This document shows, piece by piece, positions 40,076-52,506 of a stretch of DNA of 64,000 bases. Position 1 is the first letter of the stretch. Each line of letters opens with the position of its first letter. The stretch is from Lingula anatina (Eukaryota > Animalia > Brachiopoda). The position numbers and the translations under genes are program-made. The stretch lies in assembly GCA_051362555.1 (NCBI GenBank), contig CM120641.1:4464001-4528000 (forward strand). The letters are read 5' to 3'. The notes below the pieces were generated by a model. The model was not told where the DNA came from and searched no databases. It worked only from the letters and a program-made list of their open reading frames with translations.

Positions 40076-43000
40076 TTAAACATTCTCATCCACGTTGCCG
40101 CCATCTTCACTTTCCTTATTCTTACTTTTCTTTTTCTTTTTCTTCTTCTTCTCTCCATCAGGCTCTGCATCATTGACAATTGCCTGGCTAGGGGTCTCAT
40201 TGGAGGCTGGCTCTTCTTCGTTTTCTTTGTCCTTCTCTCTCTTTTTCTTCTTTTTCTTTTTCTTGCCATCTTCTTCATTAACGACTTCAACTGTGTCATC
40301 CGGTGGGTTAGCGGCAGCCTCTTCAGTTTCTTTTGCTTCATCCTCCTTTTCTTTTTCCTTTTTCTTCTTCTTTTTCTTCTTTTCGGTCACTTCGTTTTCT
40401 ACCTGAACTCCTGCGGACACGTCGCCATTATTTTCACCATTGCCAGAGTCTTGCTTACTGTCACCTAAGGGAGAAGGCTCGTCACTGGAAGTTTCTGGTT
40501 TCGCTTCTTTGTCTTTCCCTTTACTGCTGTCGTCATTATCAATGGTACCTTCCTCTGTCAGGACCTCGTCGTCATTTTCTTTACTTTTCTTTTTCTTCTT
40601 TTTCCTTTTTTTCCCAGAATCGTCCTCTGTTTCCAAATTGTCTTCAGCCTCCGTCTCGTCCCCTCGCTTTTTCTTCTTCTTTTTCTTCTTTAGTTTCACG
40701 ACTGCCCCCAAAGCTGCGGCGAATCCAGTACTTCCTTGTACTTCATCGTCGGGCATATCAATAACCACTTGATCGTTATCCTTGTCTTTTTTCTTTTTCT
40801 TTTCCTTTGTCTTCGTCTCACCCACGTTATCGCCATCAATGTTCACAATGACAGAATCACTTGGAGTTGGATCTTCCTTTTTCTCTGGGTCCACGGGTTC
40901 ATCTTTCTCTTTTTCCTTATCCTTTTTCTTCTTCTTTTTCTTTTCTTTCACTTCTGATTCTCCAGTATTTTCAATGACGGCATCAATATCCACGGCCACT
41001 GAGGGAGCAGTAGATAAGCTGGTAGCATTCGGGGCTCCGCTGTGTACCATGGACTGTGGTACGGGCGATAAGGGCGGGAGGGTGGGTACAGTGGAAACTG
41101 GCCTCTCAGGGCCTGGGGAGTTCGGAGCTTTGGACTCCGTAACAGCGTTTTTGTCATTTGTACTCGGCACTTTTAGCTCCATGGCGTTTGTTGCAGGCAG
41201 TGTCAAGGTGTCTGTCGCTTCAGGGGCACCTGCTCCCGCTATTTCAAGACTGTCACTAGCTTTTTCTTTCTTTTTCTTTTTAGACACGCTTTCTACGTCT
41301 GGTTGATTTTCTTCAGGCTCTGCTGTTTCTTGCTTCTTGCTCTTTTTGCTCTTGTGTTTTTTCTTCTTTTCTCCAGTAGTATCATCACTAATATCCTTTT
41401 CGACAGCAGCATCTACGAGATCTTCCAGTTTCTTCTTTTTGTCTTTCTTTTTCTTCTTTTTCTTATGCTCGCTCTCACCTGCCTCGTCATCGGGGAGAGC
41501 AGGTTCTGCATCTTCAGCTTCTACAGCCTTCTGTGCCAGATCTTTGAATCGTTTCTTTCGTTCTTTCTTTTTTTGTTTCATTTCATCTTCGGCGACGGCT
41601 TTTGCAGTGTCCACACTGAGTAGGTTAACATTTTGTGCAGACTGGTCTTTACTTTTAACTGGACTAGACGGGCGTACAATAATGGCCGGTGAGCCCGTCG
41701 CTTGTGAGGCTGGTTTTAATGTTAACTTGTATTCGTCATCTTGCGAATCAGATTTTGTTTTGAGTTTATTGAGCCAAGCTTTTTGTTTTCCCGCAACTGT
41801 TTGGTTTTCTGCCTTCATTTTGTTCAACCAAATGTCTGCCTTCACCTTTTCCCAGTTTACTTTTTTCACGGGTTCAGGCGTTGCAGGCGGGGTGAAGAAA
41901 GACGGCAATTCTCGTGGAGGAGGGGTGTAAGACGGCGCATAAACCTCCGGTGTCTTTATCCGTTCTTCGGGATCTGATGGCGGCACTATATCGGGTGAAA
42001 AGACCGCCTGGTATCTGTCTGGTGGCTGGAGCTGTGGTTTCTCCATATTCCACTCAAGCATGCCGCGATTTTTGATCATTTGTGTCGGATCTTGAACAGC
42101 AAATGGTGTAAAAACTGGGCGTTCTTGGTCGGCATAGGGCCACTCGTGCGGCGTCTCAGTGCGAAATTGGGGATTGATATCAACCATGCTAAGTGGACTA
42201 AAGGCTCTTCCCACGGAGGGTTTATTTCCATTACCTTGTGGGGTCTCAGATGCACTCATTGGCCTGGATACAAGCGCCTTCAATGGGTTCCGTGGCGTAT
42301 TTTTCTCAGGAGAAAATGACCTCCCTGGGATACACTGCTGCGTGGGATCCACATCAAACAGTGGTGTCATCAATGACGGTCTATTATTGATTTTCGTATC
42401 TGTATGTGTGGGTGGCACATCGGCGTGTTCTTCGTTAACACTCATAGGTCTTATTCCTGCGTTTTCCAGTTCTTTAATTTTGGTGGGCGCAACGACTTCT
42501 TTTACTTTTTGGTTCGGGTCGAGAGCCCACATTGGAGTTAGAAGATTGGCCCGGAGGGCGTTGCTCTCTGATGAAGGTACATTTGATTCAATCTCCGTAG
42601 GCGTAAAGACTTGCGCACTGTCGTCAAACTCCCACGGAAAGGCGTCTCTATCGGGATCGTCATCAAAGAGTGGTAAAGATGCTTCGGACACCGGTGAAAT
42701 TCGTCCTTGCTCATCGACATCATAGTCAAGATCAGTGGGCGAAAATAATCCGAGCTGCTGGCGAGGATCAGCCTCCGTCGGGGGTGGAGTAAACGGTAGT
42801 ACAGGGACGTTCACTTTAGAAAGAGGTTTCCTCAGGCGAGGATCTTCAGGTTTCACAGCCTGCGCTTCATCGTAGAACGGAGTGAAGATGTTGCGCATTG
42901 GCGTTGACTCCACGTTAGTGTGATCGTTGTATCCGGCAGGTGTAATCATACGGTCTATCAACGACATTGGGTCCAGACCTTCAAAAGGTACCGGGGAGTC

Positions 43001-46000
43001 GGGAGGAGGCATCTCTGGCGTGGGGCTGGATGGGGGTGTGTCGGCTGGAGGTAGACTCGGGGTTGGAGAATCGACACGTTGGGCCCGATTTTTCTCGTAT
43101 TTATACAGTCTCGAATCTTGGTTCGGGTCTAGATCGCCCATGGCGCTGAAACATCGTTCCAGCTTAAGAGGATCTACCTTACGAGCACGCTGACCTCTTA
43201 TGAGGGATGGATGAGGCTGTAGGGTTGATGGTGTGAACACGGGACGAAAGTCAGGGTCATCTGGATCTCTACTGGTCTTTAAAACGCTCTCCGGCAAATC
43301 CCAAGTAGGACTGACTACGGGTCTTCCAGATGGAAGTGACGGAAATCTATCCAGTTTTAATTGTGAAGGATCAGGCATATCCAATGGCGTAAAGAGATTA
43401 TATCTAAGTTCCTCCACTGCTAACAAAGCGGCAGTGGCGTCAGGCTGTTTTGCAGGCTGTTCTTTAATTTCAGCGACCTTGGTTGTAGTGGGTGGCACCT
43501 CTGGTTGTATTTTCTGTGGAGGTTCAGCCTCACTTCTTTGGATCTTTTCCACACTGGGATGCCTTTCTGCTTTTAATTTTTGGTCGGCAACTGGTTTGGG
43601 AGTAACATCATTCGACTCCACAGTCACACCCAACTCATTCGTGGCAACTTTTGCATCGTTAACTTCTCTTTTCCATTTAGGTTCTGTTGCTCCTTCTGGA
43701 ATGCGTTGTGTGGGATCTGTGATAGGCAAAGGAGTGAATATGTTTCTGCTTCCAAACAAACCTTTCCATGGATCTGGGTGATGCTCATAAGGCCGAGGTC
43801 CCGGCATCGTAGACGGACTCATACAGCGCTGCCCTAAGAGGGGGTCATCCTCCATCAAAGTGTTGAGAGGATTATTAGCAGTAGATTCGGTATTCCGCGA
43901 AACATTTCGTGGTTCTGTGGCTCCTTCGGGGATTACCTGTGACGCGTCGATCTCGAACAGGGGAGTAAAAATGTTTCTGTCATGTAACATGTCAGCCAGT
44001 GGTGCCTTAATTTCGGGGTTTGAACGCACACGAGGAGCTGGAACGGGACTTACTGATGGACTGATACATTGTCTCTGTCGCTGTTCTTCTACGGCAATGG
44101 TGGTCGCAGATTTCGGCCTCTGTTCTGGTTCTTTTAAGTCTGCTACAGATTCGAGTTCAGATTGATGGTAACTGTGCGTAAGACTTACTGCGCTGCGTTT
44201 CAGATTTATTATGTCTTCTTTTTGAGGTGTCCCGATGCTTTCCTCAGATACTTTAATAATCTCACCTTCATACATAGGTGTAAATATCTGATCTCTTGCC
44301 GCAGTCTCTCGCCCCGTGTTTGCCTCATTCTCTGTAGGTGTTAATAACGTTTCGGTGCGTGGTGCGTCTTGCCCCAAGGGATTTTTCCTTGGAAAAACTA
44401 GAGGCGGAACTTGTTCAGCTGGTGTTGTGGGACTCATAAACCCAGCAGGTTTCTCGTTTGATGTTGCTTTAAGGTCAACTTCGGATGACGATATCAATGT
44501 ATTAGCATGTAACGGTATATCAACAGTCACTTTTGTGGGTTTGTCACTCTGGTCGTTGTCCTCTGTTAATCTTATCAGCTCATCCAAGACCTCATCAGGG
44601 TCTGTTGCATTACTCCATTCATCATCATCTTTCTCGGGAGATGGTGGTCGCACAGGCCGAGCGACAAAGTAGTCTGTCTGATCTGCAGGCATGGCAGAAT
44701 CATCAGGTGAAAATAATAAGCGGTCAATTTTAGGATCTGCCACGTCCAAATACGCCGGCAATTGTTCTGTTGGCTCAAGATACGGTCCTCGCATCGTGTA
44801 TACAAATGGTGGCGTTTTGGGTGGTGGCGGCGTTGGCTGGGGTAGGTGGTGTAATATAACGTTGGCATGGTCACTAGGCACTGCATCAGCGGCGTATTCA
44901 TCAGGGTAGATAGCATATCCCGGGGGTGGGGATTCAGTGGGAGTCAGGAAAGGTCTGTACACCGGGGTGGGTACGCGTATATCTTCAGGTTGAGGTGTAT
45001 GCGAGGGAGTAAACACTGCATATTCGCCACGCTGATACTGAATGCGATGCTCTCGTCCAAACTCAGTCGGAGAAAGCAGAGCTCTATACACGTCATTTAG
45101 TCCGATTATTGGCACAAAACTAGTGTCCTCTTTTGGTGTCAAAGTCATAAGTTCTTGTGCGTGAATCTTTTTCATTCGCGGAGGGCAGCTCAATGCTCGT
45201 CTGAATTTGAAGTCGTCCCGTTGAAGCTCTGGCATTAAACAGGCGACCTCAATGTCCTCAGCCGAGACGCCTGGATCCCAGTCCTTCCAATCGTTCACAA
45301 TCCCGCTGTCGAAACTTTTCTTTCTGTGCCTGGGGCGTCTTTGCACTTCCTCTTCCTCCTCTTCTTCATCCTCCTCTTCTTCTTTTATACGCTCCACGTC
45401 CGAGTCGTCACACTCTTCAGGTAAATGGCCATGGTAACCGCACACATCACAATATTTATTCAGAAGCGGACACTCCTTGGTCTGATGATCGTCCGTCTTG
45501 CAATATCGACATATAGGACAATCGCGACTCCTGTGACCTTCCTCTTTACAGTGCTTACACTTGAGAGTCTCGGCAGCCTGCTTCTTTTTCTTTTTCTTCT
45601 CAGGGGGTGGTTCTCCCTTGATTCGATTGAAAAAATGTTGCAAGTTCTCTCTCATGGTAGCAACGTGTTTGGCGAGTGTAGCCAAGTCAAGAGCCACTAT
45701 AAAGGTCAAAAACCCACCAATGAGTGCCATAGGTACGGTTGCTGTGGCAACGACAATTTCGACCGCGGCTTCCACCGGGACGGGATCGGGAGGTTTGACT
45801 ACAATAACGACTGCCTGACCTGAAATTCAAAGAAATATCCATGTTAATTAGGAGGATTTTTTACTTAAAAAGCCAAAAACCCATTCACCTCTCACGTTTT
45901 TATCGTTCTTGCCTCAAACAGAAATACCTTTGTTATTCTAAAATATGTATAAGATGAATACTAATATCCACTGTTACATCCTTTATTCCTAGCCATCAAC

Positions 46001-46278
46001 AACCAGTTAGCTAACATATTACACAATACAGCATGACGGGTCTTAGACCAAAAACCAATACAAATACAAATAAACCATAGGTACCTTGACACTCTGGTAA
46101 AGAACGAGGGCTCCACCCGGCATCCACACACCGCACTATTCTACTGGTCGTCCCCTCTGGGAACACAGTGCCGTTAACTTCACACGTGTACGTCAGGCTG
46201 TCTCCGTACATGTTCCCAGTGCCTTCCACTGTCATGTTAGGGTAGATTGTTATAGGCCCACAACTCATTACTGAAGAG

Positions 46279-46330
<52 letters not shown>

Positions 46331-46979
46331 TGATGATGATGTTGCTGCTGCTGCTAATGCTTGGAACGGATGCTTTTTTAGGAGATTCGTTTTCGTGCAT
46401 ACCATACATAACCATTATACTACTTCATCAATACCAGTATTGTTCCCAGTAAGTTTTTGATGAATACATTGCATTTGCTTAGATAACAAGTATGATGCAG
46501 AAAAGGCTACCACTTTGTGTTGAGAATGTACAACTTTCTACCAACTAATGTAAGGTGCGAAGTTTGGCACACTTGAAATGTGTTCTTTTAAGTCACGTTA
46601 CCTTGGCAAGGTTCAATAGTGGCATTCCACAGGCTGTTCAAACACTGCATCATTCGGACTTTCTCTCCAGTGGGAAACCTGTATCCATCGTTGCATGTCA
46701 GTATGGCCCAGGAGAAAGCCTCCGTTGAGTTGTCTCCCGTCAATGTGGTGTAGTTTGGGGCAATTATATTGGGGCATGGTACAAGGACGTCTAAAAATTA
46801 AAGATACGAAGTGAGTTTTCTAAATACTTTTTATCAATGCTATTCTAAATACTGTTCATCAATTTCTTCAACAGTATATCACAAACACTTTATAAAAAAA
46901 GATTCTTTCTACAAATATAAGTTTATACGTTGCTATGCATTTGCTGTTATGCATTTATCGGTTATGTATGTAGGTTTTC

Positions 46980-47012
<33 letters not shown>

Positions 47013-48406
47013 TTTGAAAAGGTCCGTGTATGCTCGCCCCAACTCACTTTCACATGAAGGAACGACAGGTGTCCATAGTCCGTTTCCATCACACGTCACG
47101 GTTTTAGTGTCATTCCCGTCTGGGAACTTGTAGCGATCAAAGCAGGTGTAGTTCGCCACGGACCCGTAATTCACCGTCGTGTAGTTCACTGTAGCATTGG
47201 CGACATACGGCGGAGGATCTGAGCAGTCCAGGGCTGAGACAAAGGAAATAATGACTTAGATTTTTTTTCTCGAGGTGAAATGTGTTGGCTACAGGTCTGT
47301 GATTTTTAATTCCTCAAAGCAGAATGAAAATGAAGGTTTTTAAAGAGGATGTCTACCTGTCGGTAAAAGAGACTAACGACAACTTTTCTTACCACAGATA
47401 ATTGCTCGAAGAATAATAAGCTAACGTGGACGTGTGTCATTTACCAAATTACTTACTAGTTGCTGTCAGCGTGGCCGGGTCTGGAGACCACTGCTTGTCG
47501 CTTCCACACTGGATGTAAATAAAGTAGACCCCAGGGGAGAAGTGGTAGTTGGCGAGACACGTGTACCGAATCAGAGAGCCATACGTTGTGGTCGGATTGC
47601 TCCAGGGAGTAGCATTGGGTATAGTGGGCACCGTAACACAGTCTTTTACTGCAAGAAACCAAACACGCAGCATTGACGTAAATGTTTTAAGTATAAGTCA
47701 AATATACACACCACACCCTAAAATTATTATTCAATAAACATAGATATAATAATTGGTTGTTCAACAAAAACATTTTTGGATCCATGACTATTGTGCATTA
47801 TTATAGTGTCGCCTTCTCTGTATCTTGGCCCTGTAAAAGTCTGTCTTATATTTTCAAGCTACAATCATTCCTGTCAAGCAGTTTTTTCAATTTTGCTGCA
47901 ATCAGAACTAAAACAACTCACTCCTGCAGTCACTGACGGTATCGTTCCAAGTGGCATCGTTTTGGCAGGTCACGTATTTCACCGTCTCGTTATCCGTGAA
48001 CTCGTAGCCAGTATTACAGCTGTATGTGACGGTGGTAAAGGCAGCGGTGGCCGTCGTGTCTGGGGCGCCGTTCTGTATGGTTTGAACGGCTGGGCAGGTT
48101 TTAACTGAAACGATAATATGATGTATGATAATACGATAATATGAGTAACCCGTTTGGCGCCGTCTTCTATATTATCCTCGATCTCATGTAATTAGTGATA
48201 TTCTTTATCAACAGATAATCATGCATCATATACTTGTCAGGTATTTTTCTTTTTTGTAAGAGAATAAATATGCCATTATTTAGGGAAAAAACTGACATGT
48301 AGGCATTATGACAAATTTAGGAACATGTCTGTGATTATTATGGTCATGCAAGTAGAAATAAAGCCCCGCCATTACACAGAGCAGGAGGCTTCTTTTGTGG
48401 ACAAAA

Positions 48407-48442
<36 letters not shown>

Positions 48443-51400
48443 ACTCACGTGTACAATGCGGTGGTGTGACGTTCCACATGCCGCTGGCATTGCATGAGAT
48501 GATCATTTCCTTCACTCCAGGTGAAAACTGGTACCCGTTGTGACACGTGTAGTTCAACTCGGACTCGAACAACGTGTTGTATCCAGGCTCTATATCTGCG
48601 TTATTTACGGTGGGTGGGGTCGAGCAGTTTTTCCCTGGATAGGTTTTTATTTTTGATATGGTTATTGACAATACAAATATCATTTTTGACGGATGCACTT
48701 ACGCTTCCTCTACAGAATACCAATATAATGGATTTTTAAACCAGTAAGAGACAAGAAACAACTGAATGAAAAGAAGGTTATCTTATTTTTTGTGTTTACA
48801 TTATTTAGTTAAAACATTTTCAGTCAATTTAACAATCGCATAGATACACCCGTGCAGGCACACACACACACTTACAGAGAGAGAGAGGGAGAGAGAGAGA
48901 GAGAGAGCAGTATACTTACTAGTACAATCGCTTAGAGTCTCAGACCACAACCCTGAGTCGAGGCACTCCACGGCCTTGTTCTCTGTGCCGTCACTGTGCT
49001 CATAGCCTGAATGACACTGGTACCCGATCACGTTGCCGATGACATTCAGAGTCGAATTTGTCGTGGCATGAGTCAACGTCTGCGCTGTTGGACATTCTAA
49101 AATGAAAATAAAAAGTTTATTTCATGTATATAATCAGTGTGCAGAATATATTACATGTATCATTCTCATATTTTACAAACCACAACGATGTTCCTATCAC
49201 CAGCTACAGATCTCTTTCTCGGTTATGTGTGCGATGTGTGTAGTTGGTATCGGTGTTTTCATTAATGTATGCAGAGTATGCTCCTGGTTTTATACAATTT
49301 TGAGAGAATTAAGAAAAAAAAACAGAACAAAACATAAACGAGTTCTTACCCCCTGGTCTTTCACAGATATATCCGTTGACGGTGGTGGCGCAGTTCTCGT
49401 CAAACCAGTAGGCCCCTGGCCCAAACACGACACAGTCTCCGTCGCCATTGGGCTCGGCCACGGGGGAGAGACCCCAGTTGAAATATGTGGTGTTTTCGTT
49501 GTTATTCAGGACCCACAGAGATGTACTGGCATTTTTAGTGAGACCAATCCAAAATTTCTGACTCGATCCCAATCCGGCGGGGCTGAAATACATTTAATTC
49601 TATGTGCATTATCTATTTTATTTTGTAACTGATCAACTGTTTATATTCTAGGATTTTTTTAGTTTTTTATTGGCTGAACAGAATTTTATGCACAGACACA
49701 AACAACTACCTTCTTCACATTATTGCACATGCGCCAAGTTTAAAAACATTGGACAACAATGTAATCCAATGAAGTATTGAGTAAAAAAGATGTTAAAAAA
49801 TTAAAAGACTTAAATGTTTAGAATTACACAAATATGCATCTGAACACATTCACTCACGTAATACTTGAAATCCTGGTGTTCTCCCCACTGTCTGCCACGG
49901 TGGCCAGATATCCTCCCAAACCCTGGCAGGCAGTTTCTGCCGCGGAGTAGTCGACACTGCCAGTCTTCCTGATGTAGCAGAAGCCCTGCTCCAAGGACCA
50001 TTGGTTGGAGGGACAAGCGGCGCCTTTGGAATAAGTGCAAATCAGAAGCCATATTAAAATGTTCTTGCCGTAGCATTTGAGCTTTAAACTGAGGAAGCGT
50101 GAAATGCGTTCTTTTTTTGGTGTGAGTTTATGAATCGTAGGATGTGGACGTTTTAACAGATAAGACATCAAAATCTCTATAAAGGATTGCAAAAAGAACA
50201 CAGGAATGGTCATTTAATAATAATTAAGTTTTTCGCATAATATCATTTGATGGCCAGATATAACAGAACTAGGTGTGTTGAGCGGATACGTTTGTCTCAT
50301 ACATATAATTAACCCTTAAGCCACTAATTTAGCCTTCAATTTCAGAATTACTTGTGTCTAAAATATGGGTCTAACATTAATCCCAGCACATACCTTTCAC
50401 ATGGTGGATTAAGCAGAAGCCAAAAAAGACAATTGCTACAATCTCCTGAAATAAAAAATGAGTGTGTTTTAAACATGAGTGTGTTGAAAAAACAAAGGAA
50501 TATCATTTTACATCGGAGCTATTACCCAAATACCCAACTGACGTGAATATTTTATTGCAATAATTACATATGATAGGCCTCTGGCGCATGTCTATTATGG
50601 AATTTGATTCATAAGTATACAGAATATTTATTTTGCCTACCACAATGGTAAATCCGCAGTTTTCGATATCGGTGTATTAAACCTGGAAATCGATTTCCGA
50701 TACGTTCTTTATGCAGCCCGAAAAGGCGTCCCGCACAACACAGACACAGAAAACCAGTCGATAAAAACACCTTAATAAAACATGCCAACCTAACCTCAGA
50801 TCGATAACAAATGGGTAACAAATAGGAAACTGCTGAATACTTACACGTTTAGGGTTAATTTTCGAATGTCATATTCTAATTCAATGCAAAACAACAAATA
50901 TTTTAAAGTGATTTTGATAACTTCTGATTATCATCTGATCAATATTGATAGTCAAGCTTGCATTTTAGTTATATTAAGGAAATTGGATCACGGTTTCTCA
51001 TCATTTTCACTTATTCAGTAAATTCAAATTGAAATCTACTTCTGTAGCTCAGGCAATAGCATTTGCCAATTTACAATGTTCTATACACTGATATACTACC
51101 GTGTTAGATATATATACTAAGAAACAAAGATATAGATATGTACTAAGAAACATTTAATCCCAAAGAGACCGTCACCGCATACGTTTTGTAAGTTGCACAA
51201 ATAATGCCTGAACAATTTTTATAATTAACATCAAACCATATGTCTAAAAGGGACGTTCGAGTGAATTTGGAGCAGAAATTGGCGACCTTTTAGGATTTAA
51301 ATGGCGGGAAATCAAATATCAGTCATTTCTACAAGACAAAATATACTGGCCAAGGAGGGGGGGGGGTGGCAGCTAAATAAAAATACTATTTGTATGTTCA

Positions 51401-51558
51401 TTTACACCAGCCTGATCATTTGCAATTAAACATCATTAGAAAATCATCAGTATGAGAACAGTTTAGTACATACAATGCGATATGGTCTTACATGTACAGG
51501 ACGCACTTACCTTTCCCTTCATAATGGTAAGTAATCCTAAACGTATGGAATTATACAT
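40076..51558 (-). CDS. Type I membrane protein (~2,500 aa): signal peptide, C-type lectin domain, 7 CCP/sushi domains, TM helix, 3 CCHC zinc knuckles, very long Pro-rich then Lys/Glu-rich disordered tail
   Basis: Phase-consistent exons: 51558-51511 (alternative ATG at 51522) and 50445-50394 (signal peptide MKGKEIVAIVFFGFCLIHHVKG); 50023-49858 and 49582-49350 (CTLD: CP..W....CY, FWIGL, EPN, WFD, YICE); CCP exons 49096-48920, 48634-48449, 48104-47922, 47648-47457, 47233-47048, 46790-46602, 46270-46085 (all phase 1-1); terminal 5.7-kb exon 45819-40076 (TM segment ending MALIGGFLTFIVALDLATL; CKHCKEEGHRSRDC, CRYCKTDDHQTKEC, CDVCGYHGHLPEEC). Confidence 0.85.
46279..46358. repeat. (AAT)n-(GAT)n-(GCT)n compound microsatellite next to a splice acceptor
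   Basis: Direct reading; it is the source of the spurious poly-Ile in ORF 46011..46415. Confidence 0.9.
46982..47010. repeat. (GT)n microsatellite
   Basis: Direct reading; intronic. Confidence 0.9.
48408..48443. repeat. (AAAT)n microsatellite
   Basis: Direct reading; intronic. Confidence 0.9.
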
Positions 51559-52506
51559 ATCCGTCGTGTTCAGGTCATATTGTGTCTGTGGAAAACATGT
51601 CCTATGACTATACTAAATCAGTTATTTAACAAGAGAAAAATAAAGAAGTCAGCTTCTCTCCGCCATTTTAGTTAACTAAAGCTTTTGGAACTGATTTTAA
51701 AGAAAGGAAATCGATATATCGCAAGGCAGCTAATAAACAAACGTCGGTAAGGTCAATACGAAGACAAAGCATTTGTAACAAATCAATCAGAAAATTTGAT
51801 CCAAAATCGTTTAAGAAATGCCAAGGTCAGGTAAAGTTGTTCGTGGGCCGTTGAAGGAAAAACACGGAATCACAAGATCTACCACAATAGTTACTTCGAA
51901 ACACATTTTTATTTCTTGTTCTTTCAAACTGAGACAGTATATTTTGACCGCTCGTAAGATTGTTTCCATAATATTCTTTTTTAAAGTATTCACTTTTTAA
52001 CAATCTTTACACGTCTTTAAAGCAGGTTAAACCGTTTTGCAACAAAAATATACATATTCAAAATTGCTCCTTTGCGAGAGTGGAAAGAGCATAGTGTTCC
52101 CATGTCATAAGCCATGCACTGGTATTTCTTTATTTCAAGTTAGAAACTCGACAGAGATGGTCAGTAACCACCATAAGAATGTCAATGACACCACAATAAC
52201 GCATTTAACTTTCTATAAATGACAATTTTCACATTACACCAAACCACAAACACACCTCCTGATTAACTAATGCGTTTATTAAATAGCACAGTAGCTTTAA
52301 ATCTGCAGAACGTACGACAGGGGTGAAGCGTAGACAATGCTGTTGCAGTCATGACCGTCACACACCGGTAACTTATAACGAGAGGAACACCAAATTGTTG
52401 ACGGATTGTTTCTGGATAGCACACAGTATTTATTTTTACACTTGGATTAGAATAATCTTTTAATTTTAAAATAAAAAAATTCCTCTGTAACAATTTTACG
52501 GGTGTT

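Noticed and set aside
40076-45775. The 1899-aa ORF as a stand-alone gene or retroelement gag
   Set aside because: Its 'start' is a GTG inside an exon that has a phase-matched acceptor at 45819; no protease, RT, integrase or LTRs are seen.
39959-45823. Many plus-strand and alternative-frame ORFs (poly-Phe/Ser-rich) overlapping the 1899-aa ORF
   Set aside because: They are antisense or frame shadows of a low-complexity coding exon.
46011-46415. ORF with a poly-Ile 'TM helix'
   Set aside because: The poly-Ile comes from an intronic (ATT)n microsatellite; only 46270-46085 is exon.
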